From an uncultured Actinomycetota bacterium (lineage in GTDB: Bacteria > Actinomycetota > Actinomycetes > Mycobacteriales > Micromonosporaceae): a stretch of 64,000 nt of DNA. The stretch covers positions 9,961 to 73,960 of the forward strand of contig CAWIKW010000019.1 of NCBI GenBank assembly GCA_963836785.1. The letters run 5' to 3'. The notes beneath the pieces are model-generated. The model saw only the letters and a program-made list of their open reading frames with translations, did no database searches and was not told the DNA's origin. Both the position numbers and the translations under genes were made by a program. This document shows positions 1 to 8,439 of this stretch, piece after piece; position 1 is the first letter of the stretch; every line of letters starts with the position of its first letter.

Positions 1-1606
1 CGGCGAGATCGGCGGCCGGCGTGCCGGTGACGACGACCGTCAGGTCAGCCTGGAAGATCGCGTCGTGCGTGTGCTCCGGCATCATCTGTGTGGCGACGTC
101 GGCGATCCGCGCTAACCGTTCGGCCGCGTCGATGAGCCGCAGCGGTGCCTCGGGCGGCAGCGGTTCGATCGAGACATCGTCCGACGCGTCTCCGAGTGCG
201 GCTCGGCCCAGCGTTGAGAGGGTCCCGCGCGCGGCCACACCGAGCAGGTGCGCTTCGACCCACAATGCGGCCACGGCATAGCGCACATCGGTGAGGAGCA
301 GGGCCATGGCCGGTCGCCGCCACTCGACCGCGTCGGCGAGGCCGAGACCGTCCGCGGCCGCCTGGCCGGCCGGGATCGCGGTCGCGGCCGACAGCAGGTC
401 CCCGCGCAGATCGGCGGCGACGCTGGCGTACGCATCGTCGGCCAGCACCGGCCGAGGTGGACTGTCGTCCGGACGGTCCACCAGCGTCGGCACCGTGCGC
501 AGATCCCACCAGGCGTCGACGAGCAGGGCCAGGCGCTGGGCCGGTGGCTCGGCCAGCCACGCATCGTAGCCGGGCGTCGGCACGAGTCCGTCGTCCTCGA
601 CGTCGATCAACCCGACGTCGATCGCCAGCGTCAGCCACAGCCGTACCGCCGGTTCGGGCAGGGCGGTGGCCTTGGCCATCCGGCGGAGATCGCGCACGCC
701 GACGCCGCCGGTCTTGAGGAGGGTCGGCGGCGCCATCTCGCATGCGTCGACGACCAATGTCATGTGCTCGGTGGCCAGCGCCGCCGCGGCCGCGGCATCC
801 TCGTCGACCACATCGATGCTGACGCCGACGGTCGTCTCGACGTCCGGCCGTGGCGTGAGCGTCGGGTGCCAGTCGTCGCCGCGGATCGCGAGCGCGACCT
901 CGCGGGGCACGACGATCTGCTGCCAGTCGGCGATGACCAGTCCGTGGGTGAGCAGCCAGGCGATCGCTGGATCGGGGCGGCCGGTGTAGAAGAACGAGCC
1001 GCCGTAGTCGAGCGCCGGCCCCCGCCAGGCCGCCTCGGCGAGGCGCTCCCGCTGCGCCGACGGCGCCGCCTCGTAGAGCGCGCGCACCGCGTCGCCGTCG
1101 CGGTAGAAGCCGGCGATCGCGGCCACCAGATCATGCTTGCGCGCCGTCGGGTTGAGGCCCAGAGCACTGGCCCGGGTACGGAGATCGTCGACCGCCCGGG
1201 GAGCGAGCAGATCGGCGATCCGTGGACCCAGGTGCAGTGGCCGGGGGAGGGCCGCGGTCAGCGCGGGTGCCACGTGTACGTCGCCGTCGACGACCCAGGC
1301 GACCGCCCACCACTGGCAAACGTCGAGCGCGGCACTGAACAGGCGGTCGTCGACGTCTACCCCGAGCACGCTGGCCAGATCGTCCACGTCGATCCCGGCG
1401 GCACCGTAGACCGCGATCGTCTCCAGCAACTCGACGCACGGCTTGGGCAGATCGCGCAGCACGGTCTCGATGCCGTACGGCACCGACAGGCGGGACGCGA
1501 CTTCGCCGAGATGGCGGGCGCCGAGCGTCTCGGGACGTCGGGCCAGGATCGCCGCGAGTTCGTCACGGCTGCGCTCGGCCAGCCAACGCGCGAGCGTGGG
1601 GGTCAC
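1..1606 (-). CDS. Helicase-associated DNA-binding protein of the type encoded next to XPB/ERCC3-like helicases; N-terminal ~535 aa, with the C-terminus beyond the window start
   Basis: Absent from the ORF track because it runs off the window edge. Manual reverse-strand translation from GTG 1606 gives an uninterrupted, compositionally normal protein (MTPTLARWLAERSRDELAAILARRPETLG...). The + strand ORF 248..1615 is its antisense shadow. The family call is from memory of actinobacterial homologues and was not searched. Confidence 0.55.
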   Translation of the reverse strand, partial: MTPTLARWLAERSRDELAAILARRPETLGARHLGEVASRLSVPYGIETVLRDLPKPCVELLETIAVYGAAGIDVDDLASVLGVDVDDRLFSAALDVCQWWAVAWVVDGDVHVAPALTAALPRPLHLGPRIADLLAPRAVDDLRTRASALGLNPTARKHDLVAAIAGFYRDGDAVRALYEAAPSAQRERLAEAAWRGPALDYGGSFFYTGRPDPAIAWLLTHGLVIADWQQIVVPREVALAIRGDDWHPTLTPRPDVETTVGVSIDVVDEDAAAAAALATEHMTLVVDACEMAPPTLLKTGGVGVRDLRRMAKATALPEPAVRLWLTLAIDVGLIDVEDDGLVPTPGYDAWLAEPPAQRLALLVDAWWDLRTVPTLVDRPDDSPPRPVLADDAYASVAADLRGDLLSAATAIPAGQAAADGLGLADAVEWRRPAMALLLTDVRYAVAALWVEAHLLGVAARGTLSTLGRAALGDASDDVSIEPLPPEAPLRLIDAAERLARIADVATQMMPEHTHDAIFQADLTVVVTGTPAADLA

Positions 1607-1669
1607 GTTGCCTGAATGTGCCTTACCCCGCCGGCCGCGTCAACTCGCCACCAGCGCTAGCGTGACCAG

Positions 1670-2479
1670 GTGACTAACGTCGGTGGCGAGACCTGGGACG
1701 GCCCGCGCTTCGGGGAGCAGGGCGGCCTGCTCACGTACGGCGCCTATCTGCGGCTTCCCGAGCTGCTCGACCAGCAGCGGGCCGAGTCCGACCCACCGGC
1801 CCACGACGAGCTGCTCTTCATCACGATCCACCAGGTGTACGAGCTGTGGTTCCAGTTGCTGTTGGCCGAGTTGGGCGACGCACGGGACCGGATGCTGGCC
1901 GGCGAGTCGTATCTGCCGCGCGTCCGGTTGGAGCGGTGCCTGGCCATCGAGCGCGTCCTCATCGCCCAGGTCGACGTGATCGACACAATGACACCGCAGG
2001 ACTTTCTGGCCTTCCGTACGAAGCTCGCACCCGCGTCCGGCTTCCAGTCGGCCCAGTTCCGGGAGATCGAGTTCCTGTCCGGGCTCAAGGATCCCGGCTA
2101 TGTGCAACGTTTCCGCGGCCTGACACCGGCCGAGCGCGATCAGCTGACCCGGCGACTGGACGAGCCTTCGCTGTGGGATGCCTACCTCGACGTCCTCCGA
2201 CAGGCGGGCTTCGCCGTCGAGACCGCTGAGGAGCGGATCGCGTCGTTGCGGACGATCGCCCACGACCGGGCCGCGTACGGACCGCTGTGGGACCTGGCCG
2301 AGGCACTTGTCGACCACGATCAGGCGTGGTCGCTGTGGCGCGCCCGGCACGTGCTGATGGCCGAGCGGCAGATCGGCACCAAGCCCGGCACCGGCGGGTC
2401 GGCCGGTGGCGCGTACCTGCGGTCCCGTACCGACCTGCGGTTCTATCCGGAGTTGTGGGAGTTGCGCAGCCAGCTGTGA
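1670..2479 (+). CDS. kynA: Tryptophan 2,3-dioxygenase
   Basis: 269-aa ORF with LTYGAYLRLPELLDQQ, DELLFITIHQVYELWF, FRTKLAPASGFQSAQFREIEF and GTGGSAGGAYL, all typical of bacterial TDO. Confidence 0.9.
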   Translation: MTNVGGETWDGPRFGEQGGLLTYGAYLRLPELLDQQRAESDPPAHDELLFITIHQVYELWFQLLLAELGDARDRMLAGESYLPRVRLERCLAIERVLIAQVDVIDTMTPQDFLAFRTKLAPASGFQSAQFREIEFLSGLKDPGYVQRFRGLTPAERDQLTRRLDEPSLWDAYLDVLRQAGFAVETAEERIASLRTIAHDRAAYGPLWDLAEALVDHDQAWSLWRARHVLMAERQIGTKPGTGGSAGGAYLRSRTDLRFYPELWELRSQL

Positions 2480-2514
2480 CCGGCCGCCAGCGCGGGGCGG
2501 CGCTCGCGACCGGG

Positions 2515-3615
2515 CTACCGGCCGAGCGCCGCGATCCGGTCGGCAATGGCAGACCGTACGGTCGCATCGGTTTGCGGCGTGACCGTGCCCCACTGGTCGA
2601 GCGCGAGCAGGGCCGCGCCGGCGACCGGACGGTCGTGCACGATCTCGATCGTCGCTCGCGGCGCGGCCGTCGCAAGCCCGGCCACGACCGGGCCGTGCAA
2701 AAGTGGACGTCGCGCGGTGAGGACCCCGCCACCGAGCACGATGGTGTGCGGCTCGTCCAGGAGTTCCAGGCGCTCCGCGGCGATCCGGGCCAGCAGCACG
2801 ATCTCCTTCGCCTGCCGGGCGACCACACTTCGGGCGACGTCGTCGCCGGCCTCGGCGACGTCGAAGAGCACCGGCGTCAGTTCCTCGATCCGGGACCGCG
2901 GTATGTCGCGCAGGTGCATGGCGGCGCTGACGTCCTCGACGCGGGCGCTGCCGAAATGCTCCGCGACGGCTCGCGAGAGGGCGGTCGCCGGGCCGCGGCC
3001 GTCCTCGCCCCGGGCAGCGTGCCACAGCGTCAGATCGGCCAGGTGATGCCCGCCGCCCCAGTCGCCGGTCAACGACCCGAGGGCCGGGAAGCGAGCGGTC
3101 CGGCCGTCGGCGCGCCGGCCGACGCAGTTGATGCCGGCGCCACAGATCACCGCGATCGCGTCCGGGTCGGCGGTGCCGGCCCGCAGCAGCGCGAACAGGT
3201 CGTTGTCGACGACGCTCTCGGTCGCCCAGCCGATGTCGCCGACCGCTTTCGCATAGTGCTCGACCTCGATCGGCAGATCGACGCCGGCGAGGTAGGCGAC
3301 AAGAAGGTCGATGGTCACGACCGGTTCATCGCGCCTGGTGGCTGACGCGTCACTGCGACTGTCGTCATGGCGCCTTGCGGCTGCCGCTACGCTGCGGCCG
3401 TCGTCATGGCGCCTTGCGGCTGCCGCTACGCTGCGGCGCGCCTCCGCCAGCGCCGGGCGGATCAGCGCCTCGAGCACGGCCAGCGACCCCTCGACGCCCA
3501 GCGAGTCCGGCGAGGATCCCGGTCCTCGGGTGACGGCCAGGACTCGCCCGTCCTCGGCGCCGACCAGCACGTCCGTCTTCGAGTTGCCGCCGTCGATGGC
3601 GAGGTAGTGCCGCAT
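2515..3615 (-). CDS. BadF/BadG/BcrA/BcrD-family ATPase (N-acetylglucosamine-kinase-like sugar kinase)
   Basis: C-terminal 366 aa of track ORF 2515..4470. Start is ATG 3615 (MRHYLAIDGGNSKTD, ASKHA phosphate-1 motif), 8 nt after the GH4 stop. The Arg-rich N-terminal part of the track ORF is an overlap artefact. Confidence 0.8.
   Translation of the reverse strand: MRHYLAIDGGNSKTDVLVGAEDGRVLAVTRGPGSSPDSLGVEGSLAVLEALIRPALAEARRSVAAAARRHDDGRSVAAAARRHDDSRSDASATRRDEPVVTIDLLVAYLAGVDLPIEVEHYAKAVGDIGWATESVVDNDLFALLRAGTADPDAIAVICGAGINCVGRRADGRTARFPALGSLTGDWGGGHHLADLTLWHAARGEDGRGPATALSRAVAEHFGSARVEDVSAAMHLRDIPRSRIEELTPVLFDVAEAGDDVARSVVARQAKEIVLLARIAAERLELLDEPHTIVLGGGVLTARRPLLHGPVVAGLATAAPRATIEIVHDRPVAGAALLALDQWGTVTPQTDATVRSAIADRIAALGR
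3361..3438. repeat. Two tandem copies of a 39-bp unit, identical except the last base, inside the BadF-type kinase gene
   Basis: gtcgtcatggcgccttgcggctgccgctacgctgcggc(c/g) occurs at 3361-3399 and 3400-3438. It is in frame and gives RSVAAAARRHDDG / RSVAAAARRHDDS. Confidence 0.95.
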
Positions 3616-3623
3616 TTCGCCGC

Positions 3624-4883
3624 TCACGCTGCCCACGCGAGATGGTCGCGCCCGGCCGAGATCATGTCGTCGGCGAGCCGCTCGGCGAGGTCGTGCTGGC
3701 CGATCAACGGGTGCGCGAGCAGCGACCGGTAGACCCGGTCGCGGCCGCCGCGGATCGCCGCGTCGACCGCGATCTCCTCGTACGCGCTGACGTGAGCGAC
3801 CAGTCCAGACATGAGCGGATCGAGCGGACCGGCCGGAATGGGACGCGCCCCGGTGGCGTCGACCGCGCAGGTCGCCTCGATCACCGCATCGTCGGCCAGG
3901 AACGGCAGCGTGCCTCGGTTGCGTACGTTCACCGAGTGGGCCGCTCCGTCCTCGGTCAACAGTGACGTGACGAGGCCGATCGCGGCCTCCGAGTAGAACG
4001 CGCCGCCGCGCTGCCCGAGCAGGTCCGGCTTCGTGTCGAGCGCCGGATCCTGATACATCGCGAGCAGCTTGGCCTCGATCTTCGCGACCTGCTCGCCGCG
4101 CGTCGGCACGCCAATCAGCTCCTGGACCGCCTCGTCGTGCGCGTAGTAGTAGCGGAGGTAGTAGGACGGCACGCAGCCGAGCGCGTCGAGCACGGCCGGC
4201 GGCAGCTCCACCTGGGCGGCGAGATCGGCGCCGTGGATCGCCAGCAGCTCGGGGAGCCGGTCGACGCCGTCGACGTACGCCGCCCGTTCCCACGTCAGGT
4301 GGTTGAGTCCGATGTGGTCGAGCGTGACGGCGTGCGGTTGGACCCCGAGCCAACCGGCGAACCGCCGCTGAAATCCGATTGCGACGTTGCACAGCCCGAC
4401 CGCGCGATGGCCGGCGTCCAGCAGCGCGCGCGTCACGATCCCGACCGGATTGGTGAAGTCGACGATCCATGCCCCGGGCGCCGCCAGCCGCCGTGCCCGC
4501 TCGGCGACATCGAGCACCACTGGCACCGTACGCAGAGCCTTGGCCAGCCCGCCCACGCCGGTCGTCTCCTGGCCGAGGCGCTCGTACTTGAGCGGCAACG
4601 TCTCGTCGGATATCCGAGCCGCCTGGCCGCCGACTCGCAGTTGGATCAACACCACGTCGGCATCGCGCAGACCGTCGTCGGTCGACGTCGTCCAGGCGAT
4701 CCGACCCGGGTGGCCGTAGTGCGCGAAGATCCGCCGGGCGAACGCGCCGACGATCTCCAGCCGGTGGGCGTCCGGGTCAACGAGGGTCAGCTCGGTGACC
4801 GCGAGCGCGTCACCGAGGCGGGCGAACCCGTCGATCAGCTCTGGCGTATACGTCGAGCCACCGCCGATGACGGTGAACTTCAT
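3624..4883 (-). CDS. Glycoside hydrolase family 4, 6-phospho-beta-glucosidase type (CelF/ChbF/LicH-like)
   Basis: 419 aa. Has the N-terminal NAD-binding MKFTVIGGGSTYTPEL, FTNPVGIVT, VGLCNVAIG and SYYLRYYY motifs of GH4. Confidence 0.88.
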   Translation of the reverse strand: MKFTVIGGGSTYTPELIDGFARLGDALAVTELTLVDPDAHRLEIVGAFARRIFAHYGHPGRIAWTTSTDDGLRDADVVLIQLRVGGQAARISDETLPLKYERLGQETTGVGGLAKALRTVPVVLDVAERARRLAAPGAWIVDFTNPVGIVTRALLDAGHRAVGLCNVAIGFQRRFAGWLGVQPHAVTLDHIGLNHLTWERAAYVDGVDRLPELLAIHGADLAAQVELPPAVLDALGCVPSYYLRYYYAHDEAVQELIGVPTRGEQVAKIEAKLLAMYQDPALDTKPDLLGQRGGAFYSEAAIGLVTSLLTEDGAAHSVNVRNRGTLPFLADDAVIEATCAVDATGARPIPAGPLDPLMSGLVAHVSAYEEIAVDAAIRGGRDRVYRSLLAHPLIGQHDLAERLADDMISAGRDHLAWAA

Positions 4884-4961
4884 GTGGTTGCCCCTCTATG
4901 CGTACGCGGGCGGTTGTCCGTACCCGTGGAAAGGTTGTGTGGCGCGGACCGTGACGTGGCG

Positions 4962-5861
4962 TCAACCCTTGACCCCGGTCAGGGTGATGCCCTGGACGAA
5001 GGCTTTCTGCGCGAAGAAGAACAGGACAAGAATCGGTACGACGGTGATCACCGCGGCCGCCATGACGAGGTTCCACTCGACGTTGTGCAATCCATGGAAC
5101 GACGCGAGCGCGAACGACAGCGTCCAGTTGCTCCGGTTCTCGCTGGTGTACAGATACGGCCCGTAGTAGTCGTTCCAGCAGTAGAAGAACATGAACATCG
5201 ATGTCGCGGCGATGCCAGGCCTGGCCATCGGGATGATCACGCGGAGCAACGTCCGCCACTCGCCGGCACCGTCAACCCGCGCCGCGTCCAGGTATTCGTC
5301 GGGAATCGTCACCATGAATTGCCGCAGCAGGAAGATGGAGAACGCGTCGCCCAGGAGGTTCGGCAGGATCAGCGGCCACAGCGTGCCGGTCAGGTGGAAG
5401 TTCGCCCACCAGAGATACAGCGGCACGGTGGTGATCTGCGGCGGCAGCAGCATCATGCAGATCACCACGAGGAACACGAAGTTGCGGCCGCGCCACTTCA
5501 GCTTCGACAGCGCGTACGCCGCCGGCACGCTCGAGATCAACATGAAGCCGGTCGCCAGGATCGCGTACAGCAGGGTGTTGAGCAGGTAACGGCCCATGTT
5601 CAGCTTGCGGAAGACGTCCAAGTAGTTGCCGAAGTGCCACGTGGTCGGCCAGTAGTCGCTGGACAGCGATTGCTGCGGCGACATGAACGACGTCAGGACG
5701 ATGAACAGGACGGGCGCGAGGGCGCACACGGCGATGGCGATGGCGATGGCATGGCGCGCGACGAAGACCAAGAGGCCCTCGCGCCCGACTGGACCCGACG
5801 GCCTGGGCTTGACCGGCGCCGTCTCCCGGGTCGTGTCCGCCGGCACGATGACTGCGGTCAT
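4962..5861 (-). CDS. Carbohydrate ABC transporter permease (MalG-like)
   Basis: C-terminal 299 aa of track ORF 4962..6638. ATG 5861 overlaps the upstream stop (ATGA). Multiple TM segments and the EAA-loop-like DEYLDAARVDGAGEWRTLLRVIIPMARPG. Confidence 0.88.
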   Translation of the reverse strand: MTAVIVPADTTRETAPVKPRPSGPVGREGLLVFVARHAIAIAIAVCALAPVLFIVLTSFMSPQQSLSSDYWPTTWHFGNYLDVFRKLNMGRYLLNTLLYAILATGFMLISSVPAAYALSKLKWRGRNFVFLVVICMMLLPPQITTVPLYLWWANFHLTGTLWPLILPNLLGDAFSIFLLRQFMVTIPDEYLDAARVDGAGEWRTLLRVIIPMARPGIAATSMFMFFYCWNDYYGPYLYTSENRSNWTLSFALASFHGLHNVEWNLVMAAAVITVVPILVLFFFAQKAFVQGITLTGVKG

Positions 5862-6958
5862 GACGCTCCCTCGGTGAACGAACGGAACCGGCGCAGCAAC
5901 ACGGCCAGCACCGCGCAGGTGACGACGAACAGCACGATCGCGAGCGCGTTCGCGTAGCCGAGCAGGTTCTGCGGGAACCCGGTCTGGTAGATGTACAGCG
6001 GATAGGTCAGCGTCGACTCCTGGGGATAGCCGAAGTTGGACGCCGCACCGCCGCCGACTGTCGCCGCTCCCGACGCCGCCGCCGCCGCGACGGCCGCCTC
6101 GGTGAATAGGCACAGCGTGGCGATGATGTTGATGACCGTCGTGAACAACAGCACCGGCGAGATCGTCGGCAGCGTGACGTGGCGGAACTGCCGGACCGGG
6201 CTCGCGCCGTCGATCGAGGCCGCTTCGTACAGGCTCGACGGCACGTCGAGAAGCGCGGCCAGGAAGATCACCATCGTGTTGCCGATGCTCCACATGGCCA
6301 GCAGCACGAGCGACGGCTTCGACCACGATGGCGAGTTGAACCAGAGCGGACCTTCGATGCCGACCTTGCCCAGTAGCGTGTCCACCGGCCCGACGCCGGG
6401 CTTCAGCAGGTAGACGAAGGCCAACACTCCGGCCACCGTCGGTACGAGTGCCGGCAGGAAGAAGATCGTGCGGTAGAGCGAGGACGCGGACCGCATCTTT
6501 GTCAGGAGCAGTGCACTGCCGAGACCGGTGACAAGCTGGGCCGGCACCATGATCAGACAGAACCAGAGCGTGTTCCACGCCGCGGTGTGCACGAACGGGT
6601 CGTGCAGCAGGTAGCGGTAGTTGCCGAGGCCGTACCACGTGCCGGGCGCGTCCAGGATGCCGAACTTGTGCAGCGAGGATTCGAGTGCCGTACCCAGCGG
6701 GAAGAGTAGGAAGATTCCGATGCCGAGCAACGCCGGGCCGATGAACGAGCCGACCGTGAGATAGCGGCGTAGCGTGCGCCGCCAGCTCGGACGCCGCCGG
6801 AGCGCGCGGCCGGTCGGGGACACCGGTCCGGCGCCATGGGCGGATGGGGGCCCTTGGTTTTGCGGGGACCGCTGGCCTTGCGGGTCCCCCTCCCTTTGTC
6901 GGGCCCGCCGGCGCGGCCGGGTCGGACCCGGCCGCGCTGACGCGTCAGTTGCCGACAT
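5858..6958 (-). CDS. Carbohydrate ABC transporter permease (MalF-like)
   Basis: 366 aa with SLYEAASIDGASPVRQFRHVTLPTISPV. It starts 5 nt after the SBP stop. The Arg/Pro-rich N-terminus makes GTG 6823 an alternative start. Confidence 0.85.
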   Translation of the reverse strand: MSATDASARPGPTRPRRRARQREGDPQGQRSPQNQGPPSAHGAGPVSPTGRALRRRPSWRRTLRRYLTVGSFIGPALLGIGIFLLFPLGTALESSLHKFGILDAPGTWYGLGNYRYLLHDPFVHTAAWNTLWFCLIMVPAQLVTGLGSALLLTKMRSASSLYRTIFFLPALVPTVAGVLAFVYLLKPGVGPVDTLLGKVGIEGPLWFNSPSWSKPSLVLLAMWSIGNTMVIFLAALLDVPSSLYEAASIDGASPVRQFRHVTLPTISPVLLFTTVINIIATLCLFTEAAVAAAAASGAATVGGGAASNFGYPQESTLTYPLYIYQTGFPQNLLGYANALAIVLFVVTCAVLAVLLRRFRSFTEGAS

Positions 6959-6963
6959 GACGG

Positions 6964-8343
6964 CTATCCGGCAATCGACAGTGCTTGGTTGATCTGGCTG
7001 TCGACCTGTGTCAGACCGGTGCCGAGGTTAGACACCTTGCCCGCCTGCCACTTGTCCACGAACGCCTGCATGTCGTCCTGGTACGTCGTGCCGGCGCCGC
7101 TCGGCGGGGTGGTCGACGTGGCCGGGTTCGCCGAGATCTGCAGGAACAGCTTGAAGTTCGCGTCCGCGGACAGGTTCGGCGAGTTCAGCGCGGATGTGAG
7201 GGTCGGGACATTCTTGATGCCGTTGGCGAGCTTGACCATCGCGTCGGTGTTCGTCGTGAGGTACTTGATGAACACCCACGCCGCCTCGGGGTTCTTCGAA
7301 CCGCGGGAGATGCCGATCACGTTGCCGGTGATGTAGCCGGAGCCGTACGTGCTGGCTCGGGCGGCGCTGACCGGGATCGGCGCGACGCCGTAGTCGACCT
7401 TGGACTTGTCCGCGGCGATCGACGCGATGCGCCACTCACCGTCCATGTTGATCGCGAGCTTGCCGGCCTCGAAAGCGTTCTGTGCGCTGAATTCGTCGCC
7501 GAAGGTCGCGTTGAACTTCGTGAGCTTGTTGTAGCCGTACCAGTCGACGAGGCTCTTCTGCCAGTTGAGCAGCTCCTGCCACGCCGGGTCGGTGCCGATC
7601 GCGGACTTGCCGTCGTCGGTGAGCCACTTGGCCCCGGTCATCGGCGCGAAGTGCGCGGCCGAATTCTCGTAGATACCGAACGATGGGTCGAAGCCGGCGA
7701 CCTTGATCGAGCCGTCCGGGTTGAACTTGGTGAGCTTCTTCGCGTCGGCGGTCAGCTCGTCCAGCGTCTTCGGCGGCTCGGTGATGCCGGCCGCGGCGAA
7801 CATGGTCTTGTTGTAGTAGATCCCGTACGCGTCGTTGAGGAACGGCATCGTGCAGCGCTTGTTGTTGTACTGCGTGTAGTTGAGAACAGGCCCCGGGATC
7901 TGGGACAGGTCGATCTTGTCGCGCTTGATGTACGGCGTCAGATCCTGCCACGCACCGGACTGGCAGAATTTGCCGACGATGTCCGTCGAGTAGGACAGGC
8001 CGACATCGGGACCGCCGCCGGCCGCGATCGCCTGGGTCATTTTGTCGTCGTCCTGGCCGTCCTTGACGATGACCTTGATGTTCGGGTGGGACGCCTCGAA
8101 GTCGGCGACCACGCCCTGGATCGCCGCGGACTCACGGTCGGTGAAGAAATGCCAGAACGTGATCGTGCCGGAGGCGGTGACGCCGGGCGACGCGATCGGC
8201 TTGCTGGCGTGGGTGCTCGGCGTGCACGCGGCGGCCGCCGTGACTATCGCGGCGCCGATCGCGACCACGCCGACGAGGCGAGTCCGGTGGCGCCGTGCCG
8301 CTATCGCTCCATCTCGGTGTGACTGGCGCAGGTGACCCTTCAT
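6964..8343 (-). CDS. ABC transporter sugar-binding lipoprotein
   Basis: ATG 8343 (MKGHLRQ...) lies 8 nt after GGAG. Signal peptide with an AAAAC lipobox-like site. Family-1 extracellular solute-binding composition. Track ORF start 8391 is less likely. Confidence 0.85.
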   Translation of the reverse strand: MKGHLRQSHRDGAIAARRHRTRLVGVVAIGAAIVTAAAACTPSTHASKPIASPGVTASGTITFWHFFTDRESAAIQGVVADFEASHPNIKVIVKDGQDDDKMTQAIAAGGGPDVGLSYSTDIVGKFCQSGAWQDLTPYIKRDKIDLSQIPGPVLNYTQYNNKRCTMPFLNDAYGIYYNKTMFAAAGITEPPKTLDELTADAKKLTKFNPDGSIKVAGFDPSFGIYENSAAHFAPMTGAKWLTDDGKSAIGTDPAWQELLNWQKSLVDWYGYNKLTKFNATFGDEFSAQNAFEAGKLAINMDGEWRIASIAADKSKVDYGVAPIPVSAARASTYGSGYITGNVIGISRGSKNPEAAWVFIKYLTTNTDAMVKLANGIKNVPTLTSALNSPNLSADANFKLFLQISANPATSTTPPSGAGTTYQDDMQAFVDKWQAGKVSNLGTGLTQVDSQINQALSIAG

Positions 8344-8439
8344 GGCCGTACTCCAATCGAGGGGGTGGCGGTGCTGGTGGGTGGGTGTCAAGTGGCGGGT
8401 CTATGGGCGGGATTCGAATGGCCGGCGTCTACCGCCGGT

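Noticed and set aside
248-1615. 455-aa + strand ORF, with overlapping Arg-rich ORFs at 45..743 (-) and 760..1167 (-)
   Set aside because: Its composition (very high Arg/Gly/Asp/Val, no recognisable motifs) is typical of the antisense frame of a real high-GC gene. The opposite strand gives a clean protein from GTG 1606 that runs off the window.
1640-3025. 461-aa minus-strand ORF overlapping kynA and the sugar-kinase gene
   Set aside because: It is Arg/Pro/Gly-rich shadow sequence. kynA (+) and the BadF-type kinase (-) explain the region with clear motifs.
4137-5957. 606-aa + strand ORF across the GH4 and permease genes. Analogous long shadows are 20219..21892 (-), 31919..33562 (-), 41094..42857 (+), 50240..51733 (+) and 55826..57439 (-)
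   Set aside because: All are antisense or off-frame to well-supported genes, have extreme Arg/Asp/Gly content and lack domain signatures. They are open only because stop codons are rare at this GC content.
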